Shown in pieces: positions 8,477 to 17,016 of a stretch of DNA of 54,777 nt; positions within the stretch are counted from its first letter, which is position 1, and the number at the start of each line of letters is the position of its first letter. The DNA is taken from positions 1 through 54,777 of the IMG/VR virus record IMGVR_UViG_3300031972_003254. One strand, given 5' to 3'. Under the pieces are notes generated by a model, which had not been told where the DNA came from, did not search any database, and saw only the letters and a list, made by a program, of their open reading frames with translations. The position numbers and the translations under genes were made by a program. Source of the DNA: a virus (lineage: Duplodnaviria > Caudoviricetes).

Positions 8477-8537
8477 CGTCGCATTAGGCCAGTTCTCTTG
8501 CTTGCCTTTATTGTCCTATTAGGACATATCGGCCCGC
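8477..8537 (+). promoter_or_regulatory. PR-like promoter with operator; cro probably leaderless
   Basis: TTGCCT(8502)-N17-CATATC(8525), ATG 7 nt later with no SD; operator TGTCCTATTAGGACA 8512-8526; degenerate copy CGTCGCATTAGGCCA 8477-8491. Confidence 0.65.
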
Positions 8538-8777
8538 ATGGACCTCAGATCGTATCGCGAATTGCGCGGCCTTACCCTCGCCGACGTCGCCGAATTCCTC
8601 GGCGTCTCGAACGCGAAGGTCGTGCACCGGCATGAGGAAGGGTCGCGGATGCCGAGACCCGCCCTGATCGACAAGTATCATAAGCTGACCGGCGGCGCTG
8701 TCACCGTCGACGACTTCCTCGCCGTGCACCGGCGCTGGAAGAAGGCCCAGGCCCGCAAGGACAAGCAGGCCGCCTGA
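8538..8777 (+). CDS. cro: Cro-like HTH regulator
   Basis: LRSYRELRGLTLADVAEFLGVS...GSRMP...TGGAVTVDDF; divergent from cI. Confidence 0.88.
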   Translation: MDLRSYRELRGLTLADVAEFLGVSNAKVVHRHEEGSRMPRPALIDKYHKLTGGAVTVDDFLAVHRRWKKAQARKDKQAA

Positions 8778-8852
8778 CCCCGAAAACCGGGGGTGGCGGC
8801 GGCGCGCGCCTCTCTCCGGCACCCTCTGCACTGCGCGCCGGGAGCATCAATC

Positions 8853-9290
8853 ATGGCCACCAACGATCCACCCTCGCACGACCCCGGAACCGGCGAGGTC
8901 TACGAGACCAACGCAGCCGACGGCGGCCAGCGCTATCCCGCCGCATCCACCCTCAGCGACCTCGTCATCATGCTCAAGGACGGGCAGTTCAACGCCGACA
9001 GCCGCGAGCCCCTGTGCGAGTTCGCCGAGAAGCTCGAAGCTGCGGGCGTCGACACCAACCGCAAGGTCAAGGGGAAGATCACCCTCACCATCGACGTGGA
9101 GTTCGATCCCGACCGCGAGTTCTCGGTGCTGACGCCGAGCCTCGCCTTCAAGCTGCCGATCGAAAAGCACGGGGCCACCATCGCGTGGTTCACCCGCGAC
9201 GGCCGCCTGACCCCGAACAAACCCAACCAGGGCAACCTCTTCGGCACGATCCGCGAGGTCGGAGCCGAGCCGCGCACCATCCGCGGCTGA
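8853..9290 (+). CDS. YfdP-like protein (partner of DUF2303)
   Basis: KGKITLTIDV...KLP...WFTRDGRLTPNKPNQGNLF; directly upstream of DUF2303. Confidence 0.75.
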   Translation: MATNDPPSHDPGTGEVYETNAADGGQRYPAASTLSDLVIMLKDGQFNADSREPLCEFAEKLEAAGVDTNRKVKGKITLTIDVEFDPDREFSVLTPSLAFKLPIEKHGATIAWFTRDGRLTPNKPNQGNLFGTIREVGAEPRTIRG

Positions 9291-9318
9291 TCTCAACACC
9301 CCTCGAAAGGACACCGAC

Positions 9319-10374
9319 ATGGACGATACCCAGGACAACGCCGCGCAGCCGGATCCGGCTGCAGCCAATTCGGCTGGCTACCCGACCTACCACCACTCTC
9401 GCGACACTAACGTGGACGTCGTGCGCGAGCAGATCGCCGACCGTACCGGCGAGCTGATGAAGACCGCCTTCAACGTCGCTTCTGAGGAAATGCGGGCGCA
9501 GGCCGGGCTCATCAACGACCCGCGCGACGGCACCGCAGGTCACTTCGTCATCACGCGCACGGGCGTCGTGCCCATCCCACCTTTGGCATGGGACGGCTAC
9601 CGCCAGTTCCCGCTTTTCCGCCAGGGCACGGCGAAGCTGACCCAGCTTGCGTCCTTCGTGGCGCTGGTGAACCGCTTCAAGCTGTCTCATTCGGCCATCT
9701 TCGCCTGCGACGACTTCAAGAACCCCCGGCTCACCGCGATCTTCGACTATCATCCCGACAACGCGGACATTCTTGCCGAGGGGGACGGCGTCCCTGCGCA
9801 GGTGCAGAACATGCACCACAAGGCAGAATACGCCTTCCCGCTGTCCGAAGAGTGGAAGGCGTGGACCGAGAAGAACGCCGAGCCGATGGGCATGGGCGAA
9901 TTCGCTCGGTTCCTCGAAGATCACATCGTCGACGTGTCGAGCGATCCGGTCGAGGCATTCTCCCAGCAGTCGAAGGCGTTTGTCGCTGCCAATCGCGGCA
10001 GCATCGCCTCGCCGACCAAGCTGATCGAGATCAGCCTTGGCCTGAAGGTCTACGAGAACTCGGTCGTGCGCGAGGCCAAGAACCTCTCGACCGGGGAATC
10101 GCAGTTCACCTTCGATGCCGAGCACACTGACGCGGACGGCAAGCCGCTCACCCTGCCGACGATGTTCTCCATCGTCATTCCGGTGTTCGCGCGCTCGGAG
10201 GACCTGTTCCGCCTGATCGCCCGGTTCCGCTACCGCAAGACGCCTGCCGGGCTGGTATTCTGGTACGAGTTGTGGCGGCCGGACCTGACGTTCGAGACCG
10301 CGTTCAACGAAGCGATCGACGTCGTCGCGGCGCGGACGGACCTGCCGGTCTACGCCGGCGCGCCTGAAGCCTGA
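9319..10374 (+). CDS. DUF2303 (YfdQ) family protein
   Basis: LTAIFDYHP...HKAEYAFPLSEEWKAW...EFARFLEDH...IPVF...ARFRYR...YAGAP. Confidence 0.88.
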   Translation: MDDTQDNAAQPDPAAANSAGYPTYHHSRDTNVDVVREQIADRTGELMKTAFNVASEEMRAQAGLINDPRDGTAGHFVITRTGVVPIPPLAWDGYRQFPLFRQGTAKLTQLASFVALVNRFKLSHSAIFACDDFKNPRLTAIFDYHPDNADILAEGDGVPAQVQNMHHKAEYAFPLSEEWKAWTEKNAEPMGMGEFARFLEDHIVDVSSDPVEAFSQQSKAFVAANRGSIASPTKLIEISLGLKVYENSVVREAKNLSTGESQFTFDAEHTDADGKPLTLPTMFSIVIPVFARSEDLFRLIARFRYRKTPAGLVFWYELWRPDLTFETAFNEAIDVVAARTDLPVYAGAPEA

Positions 10375-10377
10375 CCC

Positions 10378-10836
10378 ATGGCGACTCCGGCCTTCCTCTA
10401 CCGGCTGATGGCGCACGCCAACTTGTCGAGCGGCTTCAGGCTCGGGGAGGAAGACCGGATCGCCTACGGGTTCGCGAACAGCCTGCGCGCGGCCACCCTC
10501 GACGGGCGGCTTCGCGCGGTCTGGACGCACCCGGCGAACGAGCTGGGCGGCATGATCGTGAGACGAAAGACCGCCGAAGGGTTCCGCGCGGTCGTGCCGC
10601 CGCTCGTCGCCCTCGCCCGCGCGCTCGGCCTCATCACAGGCGCGAGCGATTACCTGTTCCTGTGGGGCGGTGGCTGCTGTGCCATCGAATTCAAAAGCGC
10701 GAAAGGCGGGCTACGGCTGGGCCAGCGCGACTTCCGAGACTGGTGCGCAGCTAACGGCGTCCCCTTCCACATCGCCCGCTCCGAAGCCGACGGCCTCGCG
10801 ATCCTGCGCGGACACGGCGTGCTGGCGGAGGCGTGA
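10378..10836 (+). CDS. VRR-NUC / PD-(D/E)xK endonuclease
   Basis: HPANE, GASDYLFL, IEFKSAKG, QRDFRDWC. Confidence 0.82.
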   Translation: MATPAFLYRLMAHANLSSGFRLGEEDRIAYGFANSLRAATLDGRLRAVWTHPANELGGMIVRRKTAEGFRAVVPPLVALARALGLITGASDYLFLWGGGCCAIEFKSAKGGLRLGQRDFRDWCAANGVPFHIARSEADGLAILRGHGVLAEA

Positions 10837-11187
10837 GTGAAAGGCGTGCTTTCCCCGAAACCGCTGACCGCCCGCATGCAGCAAGCGCGCCGCCGGAAGA
10901 TGATCGCCGAATACCTCGCACCCGACTCGAGCGCGCGCGAGGTCGCTGCCCGGTTCGGAATCTCCCGCAATGCCCTGTCCGTCAACATGCACCGCTGGGG
11001 CGTGCGCCTCCCCGACGACGAGTTGACGCGCAGATTGAAGGAAGGCGGGAGAAAGGGCGGGGCGCGTGGAGGTCCCGCGCTGGTGTGGCCGGACTGCCCG
11101 GAGCACCTGCGCGAGGATTACGAGACACTGCGCCGGTATATGTCGGCGCGCAAGGCGCGCGAGACGCTTGAAGGGCAGAGCCAATGA
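10837..11187 (+). CDS. HTH DNA-binding protein
   Basis: SAREVAARFGISRNALSVNMHRWGV; coupled to neighbours. Confidence 0.7.
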   Translation: MKGVLSPKPLTARMQQARRRKMIAEYLAPDSSAREVAARFGISRNALSVNMHRWGVRLPDDELTRRLKEGGRKGGARGGPALVWPDCPEHLREDYETLRRYMSARKARETLEGQSQ

Positions 11188-12017
11188 CGCGGGCTGCCTG
11201 GAATGCCGCTCGCCGCGCCCAACTCGCTGCGATGTGGGGTGCGCTCCCGATCCGCGAGATCGCGCAGCGCCAGAACACGAGCGTTGGTGCCGTCTACCGT
11301 ATCGCGCGCGAGGAAGGCTTGCCGTTTGAGGATCGCGGCCCCTCGCGTCTCGCGGACACCCACCGCGCCATTCGGGACCGCACGACCCGGTATCCGGGCA
11401 CCATCGTCGAAGCTGCGGACAGCCCGCGTCTGCTCGTGGATGGCGGCCAGCACCGCAAGCTCGGCCGCAGGGTCAAGCATGGCCCATGGCAGGGCTGCGC
11501 CATCTACGCCCTCACGCTGGTCGAGCGCGAGACCTGCCCGAGCGGCTGCCGCGAATGGTTCTCCTGTTACGGCAACCGAATGCACCTCGCCCGCAGGCAC
11601 CGCGCCGGGCCGGATCTCGAAGAGCGCCTGATCGAGGAAGTGATGATGCTCGGGCATCGTCACCCCGAGGGGTTCGCGGTGCGCCTGCACGTCCTGGGCG
11701 ACTTCTACTCGGAAGCCTACGCGGACCTGTGGGGCCTGCTGCTGGAAGACGTGCCGCAGCTCCACTTGTTCGGCTTCACCGCCCACCTGCCCCGCACCGC
11801 CGTCGGCAGCGCCTTGGGCTGGATGAACGCGCAGTACCCTGAGCGCTGCAACATCCGGTTCAGCGGCCAGGCAGGCCCGCGTGGCTCGCTCGTCATCGAC
11901 CGCGCCGAGGAAAGCCAGCATGTCGTCTGCCCCTACGAGCGCGGACGCGTGAAGGACTGCGCGTCCTGCGGACTGTGCTGGAAGATCGCGCGCACCATCG
12001 AGTTCGTGAGGCACTGA
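11184..12017 (+). CDS. GcrA-like HTH fused to GP88-like (radical-SAM-like, Cys-rich) domain
   Basis: N-terminal WNAARRAQLAAMW...IREIAQ...SVGAVYRIAREEGL; CPSGCREWFSCYG; RLHVLGDFYS; CPYE...CASCGLCW. Confidence 0.72.
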   Translation: MTRAAWNAARRAQLAAMWGALPIREIAQRQNTSVGAVYRIAREEGLPFEDRGPSRLADTHRAIRDRTTRYPGTIVEAADSPRLLVDGGQHRKLGRRVKHGPWQGCAIYALTLVERETCPSGCREWFSCYGNRMHLARRHRAGPDLEERLIEEVMMLGHRHPEGFAVRLHVLGDFYSEAYADLWGLLLEDVPQLHLFGFTAHLPRTAVGSALGWMNAQYPERCNIRFSGQAGPRGSLVIDRAEESQHVVCPYERGRVKDCASCGLCWKIARTIEFVRH

Positions 12018-12223
12018 TGGCGGCTGGAGGCTGGAAACCGAACGCGGGCGCGAAGCCGACGCGAGAGGCAGAGGATGCCCCGCCGATCGCGCGCGTCTAC
12101 GTCCGCCTGCGCAGCGGCGCGGAGCCGAAGGAAAGCTGGCCGGTCGATACCGGCAAGCGCGAGACGACCCGATGGAGCCTGATCGGGCACGCATCGGACA
12201 TCGTGGAATGGAGGGAGGCTTGA
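12017..12223 (+). CDS. Small Trp-rich phage protein
   Basis: TGATG coupling; VYVRLRSG...RW...DIVEWR motif. Confidence 0.65.
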   Translation: MAAGGWKPNAGAKPTREAEDAPPIARVYVRLRSGAEPKESWPVDTGKRETTRWSLIGHASDIVEWREA

Positions 12224-13062
12224 GCAGCCCCGCCTACATACCGCTCTTTCCCGCCGACTACCTCGGCGACACACAGCACCTCTCGACTGAGGAGCATGGC
12301 GCGTACCTGCTGTTGATGATGACGGCATGGACGCAGGACGATTGCGGCCTTCCCGACGACGACCGCAAGCTCGCCCGGATCGTCCGGCTAAGCCTGCGCA
12401 AGTGGAAGCTGATGCGGCCCACCATGCTAGAATTCTGGACCGTTCGCGATGGCCGCTGGAGTAATCCGCGGCTTTCGAAAGAGCGTGTTTACGCTGACCA
12501 AAAAAGCGCGAGTAATCGCGAAAATGCGCGCACGCGTTGGAGCAAGCAACGTGTTGAAAACAAACGAAGTGAGTCATGCGACCGCATAAGCGAACGCAAT
12601 GCCCCTCAACCTCAACATATAGATATACCTAACGGTATATCTCCCCCCATAGCCCCCCACGGCGAAAACGAACCGGAAAAGCCCGCTCCGAAGAAGCGCA
12701 AGGCGAAGCCTCCGCCTGCCGAGTTCGACCTGCCGGAGTGGATCCCGAAAGAGCCGTGGGACCAGTTCATCGAGATGCGCCGTGAGCGGGACAAGACGCC
12801 CACCGTGAACGCCATGTTCCTGCTCGCCAATCGTCTCGGGAAGCTCAGGGACGAAGGCCATGCGCCTGCTGTCGTCCTCGACCAGTCCACCCGCAATAAC
12901 TGGATCGACATCTACCCGGTCAAGGAGGACCGAAGCCATGAGCGACATGCAGCCCCTGGGCGAACACCTGACCGCCGCGATGGGTACGATCACCGCGACG
13001 GGTTCGAACGCGCTCTCGACGACGTCATCTACGGCGATCACGAGGGCGCGCCTGACGGATGA
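12220..13062 (+). CDS. DUF1376 (YdaU-like) replication initiator
   Basis: TTG start after GGAGG; YIPLFPADYLGDTQHLSTEEHGAYLLLMMTAW; C-terminal LPEWIP..WDQFIEMR...VLDQSTRNNW. Confidence 0.87.
   Translation: MSSPAYIPLFPADYLGDTQHLSTEEHGAYLLLMMTAWTQDDCGLPDDDRKLARIVRLSLRKWKLMRPTMLEFWTVRDGRWSNPRLSKERVYADQKSASNRENARTRWSKQRVENKRSESCDRISERNAPQPQHIDIPNGISPPIAPHGENEPEKPAPKKRKAKPPPAEFDLPEWIPKEPWDQFIEMRRERDKTPTVNAMFLLANRLGKLRDEGHAPAVVLDQSTRNNWIDIYPVKEDRSHERHAAPGRTPDRRDGYDHRDGFERALDDVIYGDHEGAPDG
12480..12660. other. Probable phage replication origin inside initiator gene
   Basis: Local AT-rich patch; perfect 9-bp inverted repeat AGATATACC-TAAC-GGTATATCT (12621-12642); adjacent ATGCGACCGCAT / AGCGAACGCA palindromic units; lambdoid origins lie within the initiator gene. 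Confidence 0.55.
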
Positions 13063-13630
13063 AGAGCTTGCCGCCCTCGATGCCATCGTCGCCGCACCGC
13101 TTCCCCCGATGGCCGGGACCGACGAGCGGTTCCTCGCGCAGTGCCTGCGGATGATGTCCACCCTGCCCCGCCGCAAGGACGACGACGTCGGCGGCACCCT
13201 GCGCGTGCGAGCCTATCAGATCGCCATCGGCTCCTATCCGAAGCTGGCAATCGAGTTCATGGTCGTCGAGGCCCTGCGCACCTGCCAGTTCTTCCCGAGC
13301 ACGTCCGAGTGCCTGGCCATCCTCGAACGCTGGAAGCGAAACGACGATGCCGTACGGCAGCGCCTGCGCGCCAAGGCCGCGATCATGCACGAGCGGCAGG
13401 CACGGTTCGACGAGACCATGACCGCGATCGCGGACGGGATGCTGGACCGGGACGAGATCAACGCCCTGCCGTCGTCATGGCTGAGCGTCGCCGAGACGCG
13501 CTCGCTGATCCGGATGGATGACGATGGGCGGTGGATCCTGCGCGCCCGGTTCAAGCCCACCCCGCCGTCGGAGGCGGTCGTCGAGGGCTGTTGCGTCGAT
13601 GTTGACCCTGAGGAAGGAGTTGAGAAATGA
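12938..13630 (+). CDS. Putative helicase-loader / replication accessory protein
   Basis: ATG after AAGGAGG; ALRTCQFFPSTSECL motif; follows initiator and overlaps it by 125 nt. Confidence 0.65.
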   Translation: MSDMQPLGEHLTAAMGTITATGSNALSTTSSTAITRARLTDEELAALDAIVAAPLPPMAGTDERFLAQCLRMMSTLPRRKDDDVGGTLRVRAYQIAIGSYPKLAIEFMVVEALRTCQFFPSTSECLAILERWKRNDDAVRQRLRAKAAIMHERQARFDETMTAIADGMLDRDEINALPSSWLSVAETRSLIRMDDDGRWILRARFKPTPPSEAVVEGCCVDVDPEEGVEK

Positions 13631-13833
13631 TCACGATTTCCGGCGACGCGATGGCTGTCATGCTCTGCGTCTTGTCCGCATGTTCGCTAATCACCCTGTA
13701 CCGATTGGCGCTAGAGCGGAGGCGAACCGCCGCACTACGGGGCGCGCTTGAGTTGGCGGTGGATAGGTTGGTGCGCCACGAACTGCATCAAATGGCCGAC
13801 GAGGCGCGGCGAGCTGCTGATCGTAAATTGTGA
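13627..13833 (+). CDS. Small protein with N-terminal TM helix
   Basis: ATGA coupling, RBS AAGGAG, hydrophobic N-terminus. Confidence 0.55.
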   Translation: MITISGDAMAVMLCVLSACSLITLYRLALERRRTAALRGALELAVDRLVRHELHQMADEARRAADRKL

Positions 13834-13867
13834 GGCGGTCCGGGAAGCATCACTCCCCGGACCGCCT
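13833..13867. terminator. Strong hairpin at end of early right operon
   Basis: AGGCGGTCCGGG...CCCGGACCGCCT, 12-bp perfect stem; no clear U tract. Confidence 0.55.
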
Positions 13868-13971
13868 ATCGATACAAACCGAGCGGGCTTGAATTCGATA
13901 CCTCTGGCAAGGCAGCATCACAATCGCTGGCTCATTAGTCGATTGCAAGTCTGCTGACCGCCAACGCGCTC

Positions 13972-13986
13972 TGTCCGATCTCGACA
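13972..13986. promoter_or_regulatory. TGTC-N7-GACA operator-like palindrome upstream of packaging operon
   Basis: TGTCCGATCTCGACA, 22 nt before ATG 14009. Confidence 0.6.
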
Positions 13987-14008
13987 ATCCATGCCATAAG
14001 CCGGAGCC

Positions 14009-14617
14009 ATGAAGCGTCCGATCCCGCCCGAACTGCCCGAGAACGTCACGCGCTTCGTGCCCGCTGACGCGCTCGGCGATTGGGCGCGCGCGTGCTTCAT
14101 CGCAGGCGGTTCGCCGCTCACGAACCCGGACCACGCACACCTGCAGCAGGCATCCATCGGCTGGCTGTGGACCAACGGCATCGCGGAGAATCGCGGCCGC
14201 AGGATCGCAGGCGAGGCACGAATGCCCCGGCCCGCCGGATCGCGCTGGTCGCAGATGATGGCCGAGGCGCAGCTACTCGACCTGTTCGGCGATGTGCCGG
14301 ATTTCATCATCACCATCGACGCTGAGCTTGCGGCCATGGCGAGCGATGACGAGTTCTGCGCGCTCATCGAGCACGAAATGTACCACTGCGCCCAGGCAGT
14401 CGGCGTGTTCGGAGAGCCTCGCTTCACCCGCGAAGGGCGTCCCGTCTTCACCATGCGCGGGCACGACGTCGAGCAGTTCGTGGGCGTCGTGGCGCGCTAT
14501 GGTGCCGGGGCTTCAGGCGTGGCGGCAATGGTCGAGGCGGCTGGGCGGGGGCCGCGTGCGCAGGATGGTGCCGTCGCGCTCGCCTGCGGGACCTGTGCGA
14601 TGAGGAAAGCGGCATGA
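14009..14617 (+). CDS. Putative phage metallopeptidase
   Basis: NPDHAHL, ALIEHEMYHCAQ (HExxH), GHDVEQFVGVVARYG. Confidence 0.88.
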   Translation: MKRPIPPELPENVTRFVPADALGDWARACFIAGGSPLTNPDHAHLQQASIGWLWTNGIAENRGRRIAGEARMPRPAGSRWSQMMAEAQLLDLFGDVPDFIITIDAELAAMASDDEFCALIEHEMYHCAQAVGVFGEPRFTREGRPVFTMRGHDVEQFVGVVARYGAGASGVAAMVEAAGRGPRAQDGAVALACGTCAMRKAA

Positions 14618-14832
14618 TCGATCCGCCGGCATACGCAAATCTTGCAGCGCTTGATGTGAGCACGCGGTTCTCGAAAGACATGATCGAGAGCATCATCGAG
14701 GATCGCGCGGCACCAACGCGAGACCTGCGGGAAGTCAGCCGTAAGGTTATCCGCCTGCAGGACGAAGGCGTGCGACAGGCGCTGATCGCGCTCGGCTGGA
14801 CCCCGCCGCCCGAGAACCCCGATGGCCCGTAA
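14614..14832 (+). CDS. Hypothetical protein
   Basis: ATGA coupling; RQALIALGWTPP motif. Confidence 0.65.
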   Translation: MIDPPAYANLAALDVSTRFSKDMIESIIEDRAAPTRDLREVSRKVIRLQDEGVRQALIALGWTPPPENPDGP

Positions 14833-15373
14833 GCCGCGCCACGCCGCCGGCGGCGACCACCACAACCACGAGCAGATGACGGACACGATCCGCCGCGAGA
14901 TCGTCATGCGCCTTGCCATGTACGACGGCCCGGTCGAGATCCAGGCGGACCTTGCCGATCGCGGCATCGACGTGTCCCGGCAGGCGATCCACCATTACAT
15001 TCCGGCCGCGAACGGCCGCCCCCTCGCGAAGAAGTGGGTGGACCTGTTCCAAGTCACGCGCGCAGCCTTCCTCGAAGAAACGGCGAGCGAGCCTATCGCG
15101 AACCGCACCTACCGCCTTCGCCGTCTCGGTATCATCCACGACCGGGCGATGAAGCGCGGCGACTATGCCCGTGCGCAGTCGGCGCTGGAGCAGGCAGCGA
15201 AAGAAGTGGGCAACGTCTTCACCAACGTCACCAACCTCAAGGGCAGCCTGCGCGCCGCGCCAATCGGCGACAACATGACGACCGAGGAAAAGCGCAACGT
15301 CCTCGCCGACCGTTTGGCCGAAGCGCTCGCCACGGTGAAGAAGCCCGCGCGGACTGACGCGACGAAGCACTGA
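14822..15373 (+). CDS. DUF2280 protein, probable terminase small subunit
   Basis: IVMRLAMYD, LAKKWVDLFQVTRAAF, PIANRTYRLRRL, LEQAAKEVGNVFTN; directly upstream of terL. Confidence 0.82.
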   Translation: MARKPRHAAGGDHHNHEQMTDTIRREIVMRLAMYDGPVEIQADLADRGIDVSRQAIHHYIPAANGRPLAKKWVDLFQVTRAAFLEETASEPIANRTYRLRRLGIIHDRAMKRGDYARAQSALEQAAKEVGNVFTNVTNLKGSLRAAPIGDNMTTEEKRNVLADRLAEALATVKKPARTDATKH

Positions 15374-15378
15374 GCGCC

Positions 15379-16200
15379 ATGCTCGGCCTGCCCGATCTTG
15401 TCGGCCAGCTTCTCCCCCTGGCCGATGCCATGGGGCTCGAACTCACTCCCGAGAACGTCGACGAGTTCGTGGCAGCGCTCGACGACGAGCTTGTCGAAGC
15501 GCTGCTGGACCCCATCCTCGCCGAGGAAGAGCGGGCGCGCTACAGCCGGTTCGCAGACCTCTTCCCCGACCATGGCCCGCTGCGGCGCGAGCTGTATGCC
15601 CGCCACCTCGAGTTCTTCGCTGCCGGCAAGGACTTTCGCGAGCGATGCTTCCTGGCCGCCAACCGCGTCGGCAAGACGGTGGCAGGCGGCTACGAGGTCA
15701 CGGCCCACCTTACCGGCCACTACCCGCATTGGTGGGAGGGCTTCCGCTTCCGCCGCCCCATTCGCGGCTGGGCGGCTGGCGACACCAACGAGACGACCCG
15801 CGACATCATCCAACTCGAACTGCTCGGCCAAGTCGTCAGCGGCGATGATGGCCGCAAGGCGCTCGACGGTTCCGGGCTGATTCCCCGACAATGCATCGGC
15901 CAGCCCAAGTGGAAGCAGGGCGTGCAGGACCTCGTCGACTATGTGCCGATCCTGCACGTCACCGGCGGCTGGTCTGTCATCGCGTTCAAGTCGTTCGATC
16001 AGGGACGGCGCGCGTTCCAGGGCACCGCGAAGGAGCTTATCTGGCTCGACGAGGAATGCCCCGAGGACGTCTACAACGAGTGCCTGATCCGCACCGCCAC
16101 GACGCGCGGACGGGTGCTCACGACGTTCACCCCGCTTTCCGGCCTGACGCCGCAGGTGCTGCAGTTCCTGCCCAAGGAGATGCGGCCCGAAGGCGTCTGA
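15379..16200 (+). CDS. terL: Terminase large subunit, N-terminal ATPase cistron
   Basis: Walker A AANRVGKT, Walker B IWLDEE, coupling motif TFT; ends TGA TAG. Confidence 0.9.
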   Translation: MLGLPDLVGQLLPLADAMGLELTPENVDEFVAALDDELVEALLDPILAEEERARYSRFADLFPDHGPLRRELYARHLEFFAAGKDFRERCFLAANRVGKTVAGGYEVTAHLTGHYPHWWEGFRFRRPIRGWAAGDTNETTRDIIQLELLGQVVSGDDGRKALDGSGLIPRQCIGQPKWKQGVQDLVDYVPILHVTGGWSVIAFKSFDQGRRAFQGTAKELIWLDEECPEDVYNECLIRTATTRGRVLTTFTPLSGLTPQVLQFLPKEMRPEGV

Positions 16201-16227
16201 TAGCGCCACTTCCGCCAAAGCCGCTGT

Positions 16228-16242
16228 TGTCGTATACGGACA
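16228..16242. promoter_or_regulatory. TGTC-N7-GACA operator-like palindrome between the two terL cistrons
   Basis: (GT)TGTCGTATACGGACA(AC). Confidence 0.65.
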
Positions 16243-16268
16243 ACCGGTAGCAGGTGGGATTGCAGGGC

Positions 16269-17012
16269 GTGCCGCAGATCAACTCGTCGAAATACATGGT
16301 GCAGGCGGGCTGGGATGACGTCCCGCACATCGACGACACCACGAAGCGCGAGTTGCTGGAAAACACCCCTGTCCACCTTCGCGACGCACGCTCCAAAGGG
16401 ACGCCAAGTTTGGGCGCGGGTGCGATCTACCCCATCGAGCAGAGCGAGATCATCGTCGATCCCTTCGCCATCCCGGCCTACTTCGCCAAGGGCTACGGCA
16501 TGGACGTGGGCTGGAACCGCACCGCCGCCGCGTTCGGTGCCTGGGACCGCGACAACGACGTGCTCTACATCTACGCCGAGCACTACCGGGGGCAGGCCGA
16601 ACCCTCGATCCATGCCGACGCGATCAGGGCGCGGGGCGACTGGCTCATCGGAGCCATCGACCCGGCATCGCGAGGGCGCGCACAGAAGGATGGCGAACAA
16701 CTTCTCGGTATCTACCGCGAACTCGGGCTGAACCTGCAGCTCGCGAACAACGCGGTCGAGGCGGGCATCCTCGAAGTCTGGCAGCGCTTCTCTTCCGGCC
16801 GCCTCAAGATATTCCGGTCCTGCCAGAACGTCCTCAACGAGCACCGCCTGTACCGGCGCGACGAGAAAGGCCGGATAGTCAAGGAGTTCGACCACCTCAT
16901 GGACGCCATCCGCTACCTCGTCCTCGCCATGGCCAACATCATGCGCACCAAGCCCGTGATCGCCCGGCCAGAGAACGCCTTCACCGCCGCCGACCGCCTC
17001 GCAGGATACTGA
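16269..17012 (+). CDS. terL: Terminase large subunit, C-terminal (lid plus RNase H-like nuclease) cistron; start GTG 16269 or 16254
   Basis: AGWDDVPHI...ARSKGTPSLGAGAIYP; GMDVGW; IDPAS; DHLMDAIRY. Confidence 0.88.
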   Translation: MPQINSSKYMVQAGWDDVPHIDDTTKRELLENTPVHLRDARSKGTPSLGAGAIYPIEQSEIIVDPFAIPAYFAKGYGMDVGWNRTAAAFGAWDRDNDVLYIYAEHYRGQAEPSIHADAIRARGDWLIGAIDPASRGRAQKDGEQLLGIYRELGLNLQLANNAVEAGILEVWQRFSSGRLKIFRSCQNVLNEHRLYRRDEKGRIVKEFDHLMDAIRYLVLAMANIMRTKPVIARPENAFTAADRLAGY

Positions 17013-17016
17013 CCCC

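Noticed and set aside
16190-16270. Sequencing frameshift, programmed frameshift or intron explaining split terL
   Set aside because: Both relevant frames have stops in the gap, so two events would be needed; the gap is too short for a self-splicing intron
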